Positions 12,978 to 23,555 of a DNA stretch of 27,673 nucleotides are shown here, in pieces. A program made the translations under genes and the position numbers. The notes under the pieces are model-generated. The model had not been told where the DNA came from, did not search any database, and worked only from the letters and a program-made list of their open reading frames with translations. How positions within the stretch are numbered: position 1 is the stretch's first letter; every line of letters starts with the position of its first letter. Where the stretch lies: contig JANKJI020000004.1 in NCBI GenBank assembly GCA_024626585.2, positions 60,039,808 to 60,067,480 of the forward strand, read 5' to 3'. The DNA is from Ginkgo biloba (lineage: Eukaryota > Plantae > Ginkgophyta).

Positions 12978-13499
12978 TATTGACGCTGAAAATCCCTAGT
13001 GTGTGCCCACCGACATGCAATGGGGAAGATCTATGTCAACAATCTCGATATTCAATATATTTGTTATTTTTATTTTTTGTGATTTTGTCATTGTAGTACA
13101 TTGGGGAGGGAAAAGTTGAGTCTCAAGGCTCATTTGACAAACGACCCAAGCATGTTCAACAAACAACTAAAGGTCGTTTGACGAATGAACAAAGGTTCGT
13201 TTAACAAATGACCAAAGGCCATTCGATGAATGACCAAAGGTCATTCGACAAATGAAGAAGGCCCATTTGATGAACGATAAAAACTACAGTAGTGAGAAGG
13301 GAAGATGCACCAGGGGTGCCAATGTGATGAGCAACAAGGAGGAGGGACAAATNNNNNNNNNNNNNNNNNNNNNNNNNNNNNNNNNNNNNNNNNNNNNNNN
13401 NNNNNNNNNNNNNNNNNNNNNNNNNNNNNNNNNNNNNNNNNNNNNNNNNNNNCATATGCATTTTTATAAATGGGGTTCTCCCACTTTCAAATGTTGACA
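12978..13499. mobile_element. Putative LTR or LTR fragment that truncates the gypsy integrase and carries a tandem array
   Basis: Integrase similarity stops abruptly at 12977. The start tattgacgctgaaa and the end tttcaaatgttgaca are imperfect inverted repeats, reconstructable as TGTCGACG..TGAAA by transitions, giving TG...CA ends. No target-site duplication (atgat vs tacaa), and a 100-N gap lies inside. Confidence 0.4.
13124..13279. repeat. Tandem array of seven ~22-bp palindromic units, inferred consensus AAAGGTCGTTCGACGAACGACC
   Basis: Units: caaggctcatttgacaaacgacc / caagcatgttcaacaaacaact / aaaggtcgtttgacgaatgaac / aaaggttcgtttaacaaatgacc / aaaggccattcgatgaatgacc / aaaggtcattcgacaaatgaag / aaggcccatttgatgaacgata. 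Confidence 0.88.
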
Positions 13500-13554
13500 T
13501 ACAAGTGCGATTGGTCCCCCAAAACGCTAAAGTCCATGCCCTATAATTGTACGT

Positions 13555-13572
13555 TATATATAATTTATAAAA
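13555..13572 (+). promoter_or_regulatory. Candidate TATA box(es) of the NPF gene
   Basis: TATATATAA (13555-13563) and TATAAAA (13566-13572) lie about 170-190 bp upstream of ATG 13743. Such motifs are common in AT-rich DNA. Confidence 0.3.
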
Positions 13573-13742
13573 AGATCAAAGAGCATGTATTATCACAATT
13601 TGCCAAAGAGGCATTAGGAGTTTAATAATGTGTGATTATCTCGTATTATATGCTAAACGAAAGAGTGTGAAGGGAGGCAAACTTATAGACTCTGTCTGTA
13701 TCATCAAGCCTGAAATCCGCGAAGTGGCCTTGGAATTCTTCA

Positions 13743-13893
13743 ATGGACTCCATTAGAGATGAAGGGAATGTTCTCCCAGAGACGCATTTTTCGTCCACAA
13801 ATGAAGAGGTTGAAGTTGATTTTGTCGATTGGAGAGGCAGACCTCCTCATCCCAAGAAATCCGGTGGCGTCAAGGCGGCTACCTTCGTCTTCG
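13743..13893 (+). CDS. NPF4: NPF4-like transporter, exon 1
   Basis: MDSIRDEG...VDWRGRPPHPKKSGGVKAATFVF; donor G|GTGAAC at 13894 (phase 1). Confidence 0.9.
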
Positions 13894-16089
13894 GTGAACA
13901 ATCACAATACCCATTCATATTCTTCCATATAATCTCGTATAAATATTCTGCTTTGCATGAGAATTCTAGGCTCATTAATTAGTTTCCACAATTTTGTGTT
14001 TTAGTTTTGATGAAATGATAGATATGGGGATGGGGATGATTTTGGTTTTTATATGTGCAGTGGCACAGGCGTTCGACGTTATGGCCATTACCGCGGTGCA
14101 GAACAATCTGATAACATATCTCTACAGAGATATGCATTTCTCGGTTGCAAAATCTGCAAACACAGTCACAAGTTATGTGGGAACAGCTAATCTTCTGGCA
14201 CTTCCCGGCGGTTTTGTGTCAGATTCCTTCCTCAATCGTTTCACAACCATGGCAATCTTTGCAGCTGTGGAGTTGATGGTTGGTAAAGTTGTCTTTTCAC
14301 AGTAGATTTATAGTCTTCTGGATTTAATACTTCTGTAAGACAGCTTGAATTGTTGTTGATTAGAAGTAGGTCTGAATGAATGTGGTTTTTGGGCTCTGAA
14401 TTGAATTTTTCAGGGATACATACTGCTCACAGTGCAGGCCTATTTCCCTTCGTTGAAGCCACCAAGTTGTTCTATGGAGTCACAGAGCAACCAGTGCCAA
14501 GAGGCACATGGTATACAGAGTGCTGTGCTTCTGTTGGCTCTGTACCTTATTGCTCTGGGGAGTGGATTTATGAAGTCGAATTTGCTGGCGCACGGAGCAG
14601 ACCAATTTGATCAGCGAATTCCAGAGAAAAGGAAGAAGATGTCCAAATTCTTCAATTGGTCCTATTTTGGGGTCTGCTCTGGTTCACTTATAGCCCTGAC
14701 TTTGTTGGTGTGGGTGCAAGACAACATAGGCCGGTACTGGGGATTTGGCATCTCTGCTACAGTAATGTTCATGGCGTTTGTGGGTTTGCTTTCAGGAACT
14801 GCTCTGTACAGGAATAAGGTACCAAAGGGTAGTCCATTGACTCGTATCCTCCAGGTAATTTAAAAACCAAAGTGGTGTGATTACTTCATGCGAACGCCTT
14901 CTAGTCCTCATCTTTTATCTTAGAAATGGTGACTTTTATGATATAACAGGTTTTCGTGGCAGCCTTCAAGAATCGGAGAAGTCATTTGATGGGTCACCAA
15001 AAACCAGCTGCAACAACCATTCCAGAGATTCTTCAAAAAGATAGGCTACGGTGCGCTTCTTGTCCGTATAAAGCAGGAAACAGCTTGTAAAAAAAACATA
15101 AAGAACAATGAATTTGCACGTTATTTGGATGGACTGATGTCACTGTTATCATTTGCCAAATTCTAGTCACGAGCTCAATTCCTGCGGAATCATATCTCCC
15201 GTGAATTCACCACATGCTCCCCAAATATAGAATCTAGCCACTTAGCCTGATTTTACCATAGTTTCAGAATGTTTTCTCATTTTTAACAACTAATAATATA
15301 CTAATAATAATAGTACTTGTTGTAAGCAGGTTTCTGGACAAAGCAGCCATAGAACACGAGAACAAATCTAGTCCATGGCATACTTGTAGCATTGACCAGG
15401 TTGAAGAAACGAAATCTTTTATAAGAATTCTGCCCATTTTTGGCAGCACAATTGTGATGAACTGCGCGGTTGCACAGTTGCAGACGTTCTCAGTACAACA
15501 AGGAAGCATGATGAAGAGTCGCTTGGGCCATAATTTCAACGTGCCACCAGCTTCTCTAGCTGCCGTTCCCCTCATGGCCTTACTATTTATAGTGCCCCTC
15601 TACGACCTCTTCTTCGTACCCTTTGCTAGGCATATGACCGGCCACCCTACTGGCATTCCTACTCTGCAGAGAACGGGACTTGGGCTGGTTTTATCAGCCG
15701 CTTCCATGGCAGTGGCAGCCATAGTGGAAAGCAAGAGGAGATCCCATACGATAAAATTATCAATACTGTATCTTCTTCCCCAGTTTTTCTTGTCCAGCTT
15801 TTCTGAGTTTTTCACCAGAGTGGGGCTTGTGGAATTCTTTTACGGTCAGTCCCCTCCACAGATGAGATCCATGTCAGTGGCACTCAATTCATGTTCTGTT
15901 GCTTTGGGCTACTTTCTGAGCTCTCTATTGGTTTCATTAACCAATCGTGTTACCATGAAAACGAAGACGACAGACCATTTGGGTGGATGGCTTTCCAGCA
16001 ATGACCTTAATAAGGATCATCTGGACCGGTTCTATTGGTTACTATGTGCACTGAGTGTGATTAACTTCTTCAATTATGTGTTTTGGGCT
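13743..16089 (+). CDS. NPF4: NRT1/PTR family (NPF, POT/MFS) transporter, NPF4.3/4.4-like; five exons; 3' end lost in the gap at 16090-16189
   Basis: join(13743..13893,14061..14278,14414..14854,14950..15050,15330..>16089) gives 557 uninterrupted codons, and all four introns are GT-AG with the frame preserved. Hallmarks: VDWRGRP...GG.KAA.F, QAFDVMAI.AV.NNLITY, GGFVSDSFL, HGADQFD, FFNWSYF, YRNKVPKGSPLTRILQV, RFLDKAA, QVEETK, AQLQTFSVQQG, LQRTGLG, VGLVEFFY, LNKDHLDRFYWLL. Confidence 0.96.
14061..14278 (+). CDS. NPF4: NPF4-like transporter, exon 2
   Basis: Acceptor tgtgcag|; 218 nt, the usual size of this NPF exon; (V)AQAFDVMA...FAAVELM; donor |GTTGGT. Confidence 0.92.
14414..14854 (+). CDS. NPF4: NPF4-like transporter, exon 3
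   Basis: Acceptor tttttcag|; GYILLTVQAY...GSPLTRILQ; donor CAG|GTAATT. Confidence 0.93.
14950..15050 (+). CDS. NPF4: NPF4-like transporter, exon 4 (not in the ORF track)
   Basis: Acceptor taacag|; VFVAAFKNRRSHLMGHQKPAATTIPEILQKDRL(R); donor CG|GTGCGC, phase 2 matches exon 5. Confidence 0.88.
15330..16089 (+). CDS. NPF4: NPF4-like transporter, exon 5 (partial, runs into the gap)
   Basis: Acceptor taagcag|; (R)FLDKAAIEHENKSSPWHTCSIDQVEETK...NFFNYVFWA, then Ns. Confidence 0.93.
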
Positions 16090-16189
16090 NNNNNNNNNNN
16101 NNNNNNNNNNNNNNNNNNNNNNNNNNNNNNNNNNNNNNNNNNNNNNNNNNNNNNNNNNNNNNNNNNNNNNNNNNNNNNNNNNNNNNNNN

Positions 16190-16740
16190 TTTAATTTTCT
16201 ATCCTCCCCGAATCTCACTAAAGAATTAATGTAATCCAAATTATAATAATTTTCCCTCCATTGGTTTTCTCTCCAAATATTTATACCTTTACCAAGACCA
16301 CTGCATGTTAGGACATATCTTTTAAGAGAAGAGGCTTTCCAAAGAATTCTCGTATAATTAATCTCAACCACATGTTTCACACAAAATTATGTGAGGCCTT
16401 AATGTCATGAAATTAGTTATTAAAAACAAAGTTCATTTCATCATCATACCACTTCTCATGTATTATTCTTTCCAATTCCTCTTATTCCATCTTCGTTAAC
16501 TTACCATTTCTTCCAACACTATAGTTAATGCCTGCATACTTACACATTCTAAAGAAAGGCTTCACCAACTTCAGTTCCATTATAGGGATATAACATTGTT
16601 TATCACACAATAGTGAGGGGTACCATTTTCACCCCAACCATACCTTCTTTCATAGTTCTTTCCCATACCTCCATACCATCTTAGCCACCATGCAGAAAGT
16701 TTGGTACAAATATTCTCAAATAATAAATTTCTTTTGACCC
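16190..16740 (-). mobile_element. Possible degraded LINE (L1) ORF2 post-RT remnant
   Basis: The minus strand gives LFENICTKLSAWW and RILWKASSLKRYVLTCSGLGKGINIWRENQW, loosely like the L1 motifs KI.KKLS.W and WK.I......W.IG.G..I.IW.D.W. Weak. Confidence 0.35.
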
Positions 16741-17291
16741 TTATCATAATAAAGATTCTTTTCTCAAATATGATTCCTAAGTTTCACTCTTTATTTTTAT
16801 GTTTTCCATTCCTATTTCCTTATATTTATATAGAATTTTTTGCATTCTATAAGTACCTAGGGCCTTTGATTTCACTTTAATAGTTATCCTTTCAAGGGTT
16901 TTTCCCATGCACAATGGCATGAATCACTCATGTTAAAGTACCAAATAATATAATGATGATAGACTTGATATCTAAGGGAAATATATCTTATGATATTATG
17001 ATCATGCTGATTAGAATCAAAATTTAAATGAAATTCACTTAAAGCAACAATCTAATCCATTCAGTATATCCTTTAATTTGAAGATCTAGGATTATGGATT
17101 TGAAGAATCATATATTATACCTTCATTATTTGATTAGCCCTGGCACTTAATTGTTAACTACTATTGATACCTTAACCATTGGTATCATTTTACTATTTCA
17201 TTTGTTAAGTAATCATAAAGTGTTTGTATAAATAAATATCTTAGGATATACACACCCCATGAGGGGGCACTTTCCCCAAGTAAGGATACTT

Positions 17292-17370
17292 TATTGACCC
17301 ATAAATGGGGTCCCCTTTACAATTTTCTTTGCAATTAGATAAAGAGAGTCCATGTTCAAGGATGAGGTAA
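17292..17370 (+). repeat. Second copy of the probable LTR 5' terminus; non-coding LTR-like DNA follows to about 19500
   Basis: tattgacccataaatgggg matches 7474-7492 apart from TG-to-TA. Both copies are followed by ggatgaggt. Confidence 0.35.
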
Positions 17371-19689
17371 AAATAATAATTTGAAATAATTATTTGAGAA
17401 AAAAGTAAGAAGAAGGAAATCCTAAGGCATACCCTAACAATCAACATGAGTATGAAGTTCTAGAGGATCTTCACACTAGAGAGGTTAAGTGAAAATTTAA
17501 AATGTCAAGTTTTGAGGATCTTATATTGAAGACAAAGTCAAGTATTTCATCTACCAAAGTAAACATAAAAAATCATCAAGTTTGAGGAAACAAAGAAAGA
17601 CATGCATAGGTTTAGATTTCAGGTTTTAATTTTTGGAAAAGATGTATTCTCTTCATAATTTCACTAGGTGCTACAGACCTAAATTTTAGTTAAAAGAAGT
17701 TAAGGAAATTTGAATTGAAAAAACTATTTTAGAAGTTTGTATTTTAGAGTCCAGGTAAATTCAAAGAAGTGGATCAACTAAGTCTTTGGTTTATCACTAT
17801 ATGGACTCGAAATAACAATTAAAGTGAGTTAATTAAAAAACTCACATCTAATATTACTAAATAGAAATGACGTTGTTTGAGAAGTTGTACAGATGCGATC
17901 CTCTTTGTAAAATATCGAAGTAGGTCTTAAGGTAAAAAACATGACGAGAGAGTAAACTAAAAATAACAAGATACATAGGTCCACCATCACTTGAGGACAC
18001 TTTTTAGAGTTTTGGGATTCAAATAATACCAAGTTATCAAACAGTGGTGTAGACCCAAACATAAGTTTGATATGAGTTGATAAAATGGAAGGAGAGTTTG
18101 CTATGGTTTGGGTTTTGAGTTTCAAGATGAAGAAGAAATTATATCCACCTCTTTCTCCCCATAAATAAAATGGAATATAAAAGGTCATTTCATCAAATTT
18201 ATGTCTTTAGTTTTCAATGAGGGTATATTTTGGAGTTCAAGAATCTAGAGCTCATGATGACTCGAACATGATCTTTTCCCCAACCTATGGACTTAAAGAA
18301 TAATATGACAGAGTTGATAAGAGATTGTTAATATTTATAATAATTCAAATTTTCATGTCATAGCACTACTAGGGAAAGGACATGGAATACCACTCCTTCT
18401 AAAACTCCTAGTGATCGAAACTCAAAAATGTATAGAGACTAAAATCCTAAAAGGAGTAATAAATAATGTGATGTGGCTCTAACATGTGGCTTCACAAGAT
18501 TGAATTTTGGTCATATAAATGATCCAAGATTCAAAGTAGGGAGAATTAATGTAATAGTATTATTTATCCATGAATGGGACCCTAGTTCNNNNNNNNNNNN
18601 NNNNNNNNNNNNNNNNNNNNNNNGAAAAAATACCTAAAGAACAAAGGAGAAGATCACTCTAGCCAAAAGGAGAGAAGAGATGCCCATCCCTTAGGAGGAG
18701 CGAATGACCAACTAATTTTTGTATCATAAAATGTAAAATTATTTTCGATAATGGGTACCCACATAGTTGTTCAAGTCACACTAATAGCTTAATCCAATTT
18801 TGGAAGTTGCAACCATTAGAGCAATTGCATGAAAGTCGAGCACTAACTTCCTCAAGTTTCTCTCTATAAAAAATATTCAACCTCACATTTTATGGATCCA
18901 AATGGAAATTTTATTCATTGAAATAATTTCATGCATTAATTTCTTATAGGGGAGCTTCGCATTTTGGAGTTTGGGAAAGTTAAATAAGGAAAATTGCCTC
19001 TCAAAATTATCAAAAGCATAAGGAAAATATATGGACTCGAGCTAAAAATTTAAACCTTCTTAATTGATGTGTTATGTTTGGAGTAAAGTTGTTATAAACT
19101 GTGCTAAATTTTGCCTTTGAAACCCTGAACCATATGTGAAATGTTGGCATATGAAGGTCAGTGTGTTGCTGTGGTGGCTTGATGCTCAAGTCCATGATAT
19201 GTTTGGAGAAGCTTATGCTAGCCAAATACTTGATAACTGTTGCATTAGAGGTTGTGGCTTGCATCAATGGGTTCTTGCAGTATGCTTCTTGTGTATGCAC
19301 GCACTAGGGGAGTTAGATGGGATGCATATTTGTACATATAAACTTATGTTTAGCTACATGCACCACTGGACTCAGTGGGATGTATAATAAGAGCATGAAC
19401 TGGTGGATTTTGGCAGGATGTCGTGGGTAGCATTGATATCTTTCAGGGGTTAGTTTCCACTTGGATTAGTGGAGGCTACAGTGGTAAGGTTACATTGTAT
19501 TGAATGGGTTGACTAGCTCCTTTTGATGCTCTCATACTNNNNNNNNNNNNNNNNNNNNNNNNNNNNNNNNNNNNNNNNNNNNNNNNNNNNNNNNNNNNNN
19601 NNNNNNNNNNNNNNNNNNNNNNNNNNNNNNNNNNNNNNCAAAATCATTAAAATAGTTGCATTTATGGCTAAGAAATAAAGTACAATTGC

Positions 19690-19927
19690 ATTTATATGAC
19701 ATCAATCGACTATACGATTCATTTATGACGTCAGTTGACCTAGAGTAACGTCAACAGCTGACACAAGGTGCGAGTGTGAGCGAAGATTCCGCTGCAACAC
19801 AACCCTCGCTGGGGCTTTCACTACACCTTCGCCAACCTCGCCCCGCCTTCCACGATCTTTCAAACAACACGAACCGACGGCGTCGGCTCGAGCTCAAGTA
19901 ATGAGCTCACCTACAGGGATATAAATA
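19690..19927. other. Orphan CpG-rich island with palindromes and hairpins (regulatory element or structured RNA candidate)
   Basis: CpGs are dense here against depleted flanks. It contains TGACGTCA (19726-19733), TTGACC (19735-19740), an imperfect stem 19765-19849, hairpins at 19870-19890 and 19890-19908, and TATAAATA at 19920-19927. Confidence 0.45.
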
Positions 19928-20926
19928 ACAAAATTCCACATTAATTGTAACATGAATAATGCTAAACACTAATCAATCAATTTGCATCCAAATGTTTGCA
20001 CGAGTGGATGATTTTAACTCTAGAAACATACTTTAATTAGATCATAGAATTACTTTGCTAAATAGATCTATTGACATGCCAATATGAAGATAAAAATACC
20101 CAAATATTGTATCACCTTCGGTATGGACTATTAATCACAAGGAAAGTCAATTCCAAATTGAGGAGAAAACATAATTTATTAAAAATTTAAATTATGTAGA
20201 ATACATGTAACCCAAGCATAATATTTTCTAGTGGTTGGAAAATAGTCAAACCATGTGGATACTCAAAGTGAATGTAAAACCATATTCTAAATAATAGTTT
20301 TAAGAAATGCTTCATTATTTCATTACTACAATCCTAATTATCATTAGAAACTTTGTAATCACTAATTTGCTGCCTTCATCACCAAATTTTTAGGAAAAAA
20401 CATACTACAAATAGAATTTTAATCATGATATTTTCTACATTAAAAAGAAGAAATGATATTTTTTTCTTGATAGCTTAGAGTGCAAGATTAATTTATGTTT
20501 ACAATCCCACAAAGACTAAAGGCTTTACATCTTAGGAGGCTCGGAGCTATTTGTATTAAGATGTAATATTACATAATTTTTTAATGTAAAATAGGCATAA
20601 CTTTGGTACATGAGGTTAGGTATGTTTGATTTAGATGCATCTCTTCCCAATTTTATCTCTTTTCAAATGCCAATGTTTCGTTTGTAATAAGGAATTTGTC
20701 TCAACCATTCAACAAAAAGCTTAGGATATCTATTATGGGAAATATCATCCATGTGATACAAAACAAATCTAATGGTGTAGCCAAATGTCTAAAAGATACC
20801 AAATGACTAACTGCAAATGTCCAAAANNNNNNNNNNNNNNNNNNNNNNNNNNNNNNNNNNNNNNNNNNNNNNNNNNNNNNNNNNNNNNNNNNNNNNNNNN
20901 NNNNNNNNNNNNNNNNNNNNNNNNNN

Positions 20927-21935
20927 TTTTTGAAATATGATTCATATTAAATTTAGAATGAGAGATATATCATCTAGTCCTATTAAGGTGGGTGTTTGGA
21001 AAAGATTACAATACCTTTTCTTATATAAAGTCTCTTACAAAGTACTAAGTACTAACCAACATAGACATGACAACTGATACACAAAAATGACCTGCATAAC
21101 AAAAGATTAGGTCTTCGGCACCTCTTTGGAAATTTTGATTCTTTTATTTGAGCCTTCTTCTTGGGCCAAAAGTTATATTGTTTTCTCCCACCAGAAGAAA
21201 TTGAAATTAAGTTGTTTGTTTATCCACCTCCATCGCTATAGAACCAAATACTTATCCCTGAGAGGTGGGATTCTATTGGGCAATTATAAATACCTGACTT
21301 CTAAGTAGAGAACTATGTAAATGCAACATGATTGGTTATTTGAAATCATTAATGAGTTGGATCCAATTGGCAAAGAAAGAGGATTCTTGATCAAACAAGA
21401 TTTTTAGTCCGGTTGCTATTACTTCATTCTTGTCTAAAGCCACTCTCATCTGCAACAAAAGTAAATTATTAAGATGCCAATGAAAAAATCTCCTTACAAG
21501 ATATTTCGTACTATAAAAAATAGTGTAATGGTTCATTATATTCCATACTGACTATAGAAAGCACACTATGATTATCTGCCAGGTTTTCCTATACTCTTTT
21601 AAACAAGAAAGTAAATATCCTAGCATGAGAGTCTTTTATGAAATTCCTCTATCAAACAAACTATTTATATGAGAAAGCTATTCAACTCTCAAGGCTTAGG
21701 AAACTCTACATTCCTAAAATAGATGGAGATAGGTTTCTTCATTCCCATAGTAAACACATCTCGAATCTTCCTTGTTTCTTAAACAAGTTTTGTCAAGAAG
21801 TCAATTGTGAATTAGGGGCCAAAAAACACCTATATATTCTTTGCCAATTTTGGGATCATCAATCACCCACACCTTATTCAACCTTTCTTGAATGTTAACT
21901 ATGATTATAATAAACTATACACTTTCTCAATCATG
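20927..21935 (-). mobile_element. LINE (non-LTR retrotransposon) 3' end: zf-RVT/CCHC region of ORF2, 3' UTR and start of poly(A)
   Basis: Minus strand: ERLNKVW...FWPLIHN*LL...RCVYYGNEETYLHLF*ECRVS*AL...IS*KTLMLG...WQIIIVCFL*SVWNIMN, matching the CxxC...ET..HLFWEC and W.IW..RN motifs. A T5 run at 20927-20931 abuts the gap, as expected for a poly(A) tail. Confidence 0.8.
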
Positions 21936-22035
21936 NNNNNNNNNNNNNNNNNNNNNNNNNNNNNNNNNNNNNNNNNNNNNNNNNNNNNNNNNNNNNNNNN
22001 NNNNNNNNNNNNNNNNNNNNNNNNNNNNNNNNNNN

Positions 22036-22560
22036 CTTCGAAAGAGGCTTGTGAAAAATTGAAGGAGATTTATGAGGGGACGAATTTTGTCATCGAGCTT
22101 CATCTGAGAACAAAATTTTTCCAAATGAAGATTCAGGAAGCACTAAGCACGAGTTCTTATATTAATGAATTCAAGTCCCTCATGAACCATTCAAAGGCCT
22201 ACAAATCGTCAATTACAGACGATGATGTTGTCATGACTCTTCTTGGAGAATTACCAAAATCGTATGAAGGAATAGCTCTTGTATTGGAAGCGAAGTCACC
22301 TTTGAAAATTGAAGAGACTTGTTTGTCCCTGTTGCAAGAAGAGATGAGATGAAAAGATTCAGGTAAGAATTCAGAGTCGTCCTCATCAGCTTTGTTCTCT
22401 TCTAGTAAGGTGAAAGACAAGAAGAAAGGGAATTTTTTTCCATCAAGAATAGTATAAAATCCTAAATCTAAACTCAGATGGCATAAAGATAAATGTGAAG
22501 TGTTTTTACTATTATCGAGGTGGGTATGTGAAGAAGAATTATACCAAATTGTCCAAAAAG
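22036..22560 (+). mobile_element. Ty1/copia gag remnant (UBN2/Retrotran_gag_2 plus decayed zinc knuckle)
   Basis: SKEACEKLKEIYEG...LRTKFFQMKIQE...YINEFKSLMN...DDDVVMTLLGELPKSYE...LLQEEMR*, then in a shifted frame CFYYYRGGYVKKNY, a decayed CX2CX4HX4C. Confidence 0.85.
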
Positions 22561-23555
22561 AAGCAAAAGGATAAATCCAAACACCTCCCAACTTCAGTTT
22601 CCAGTAAAGTGCAAGCGCCAATGCTTAAGAGAGTAATATTCATTCGGAGGCCGAGATAGGCAATTTGGGGGTTGAAGAATCACAGGAGAACAAGAAGTCT
22701 AAACAGATTAAAAAAACACATTCACCTCCCTTTAAATAGAGTAGGATCCATGAGCTTCTCTAAGCAAGGATAATACTGCAATACACGAGACCTATCCGTG
22801 CTCATAAAGAGAACAATACAATGTTGTAGAAACAATTACTACTGTATATTGTGATAGTTGTTAACAGATGAAAGACACTTCATGCTCACAATCAATGACA
22901 AATCTAATTTAATCAAGTACCAAAAGAGATTGATATAATCCTTGCAATAAATATATTAAACATGTATATATAATGCAATTTCATAAATAATCGCTAGTAG
23001 TGATTGATAGTTAAAAGGAAAATTTTATCTCATTCTACACATTAGGGTATTCATAAACAAGCAGTGATCAATTCATTCACACACATATCAAGTCATTGGA
23101 AACTCAAAGAGATGGAAAAATATGTTCGATTTTATTCACACAAAAGTCCAGATTATAAGTATGGAAATCCCAAAATTTATAAATACATGATCTGCAACAT
23201 TTTTTTATAGTGCCCAAAATTAGGATAAACAAAGATTGAGAATCGACCATAGGGGTGTACACCAGTAGCCTAGACCACTCGTTAAATAAATAATCTATAA
23301 ATTCAAAAGGATATCCACATCATAATTATAACATAGACAACAAGGTAAAGGAATACAGGGAAGACCAAGAAAAACCCTCACCAGTGTTCTTTCATTTGTA
23401 GCTTAAGGATTCAAGTCTTCTGATTACGTTGATGCATCTTATCTTGGCCAAATGGATCCTTCTCCTCTCTTTTCTATTTCAAACTTTATNNNNNNNNNNN
23501 NNNNNNNNNNNNNNNNNNNNNNNNNNNNNNNNNNNNNNNNNNNNNNNNNNNNNNN

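Noticed and set aside
13124-13279. CRISPR array interpretation of the palindromic repeats
   Set aside because: The units are contiguous with no unique spacers, there are no cas genes, and the context is eukaryotic with spliceosomal introns.
14380-15815. Alternative-frame and antisense ORFs overlapping the NPF exons (14380-14610 +, 15264-15575 -, 15600-15815 -)
   Set aside because: They are shadows of the real coding exons with no independent motifs.
19759-19920. RNase MRP, telomerase RNA, miR156 or short-ORF (RPAFHDLSN D-box-like) identity for the CpG island
   Set aside because: Only partial motif resemblances, no correctly oriented USE promoter element, no telomere template, and no ATG-initiated ORF of meaningful length.
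19990-20530. Very old copia RT-end/RNase H on the + strand (LCNH*FAAFITK...)
   Set aside because: The spacing is plausible but no diagnostic motif survives.
22728-22745. Minus-strand PPT plus TG (AAAGGGAGGTGAATGT)
   Set aside because: No LTR or matching internal domain could be identified on either side.
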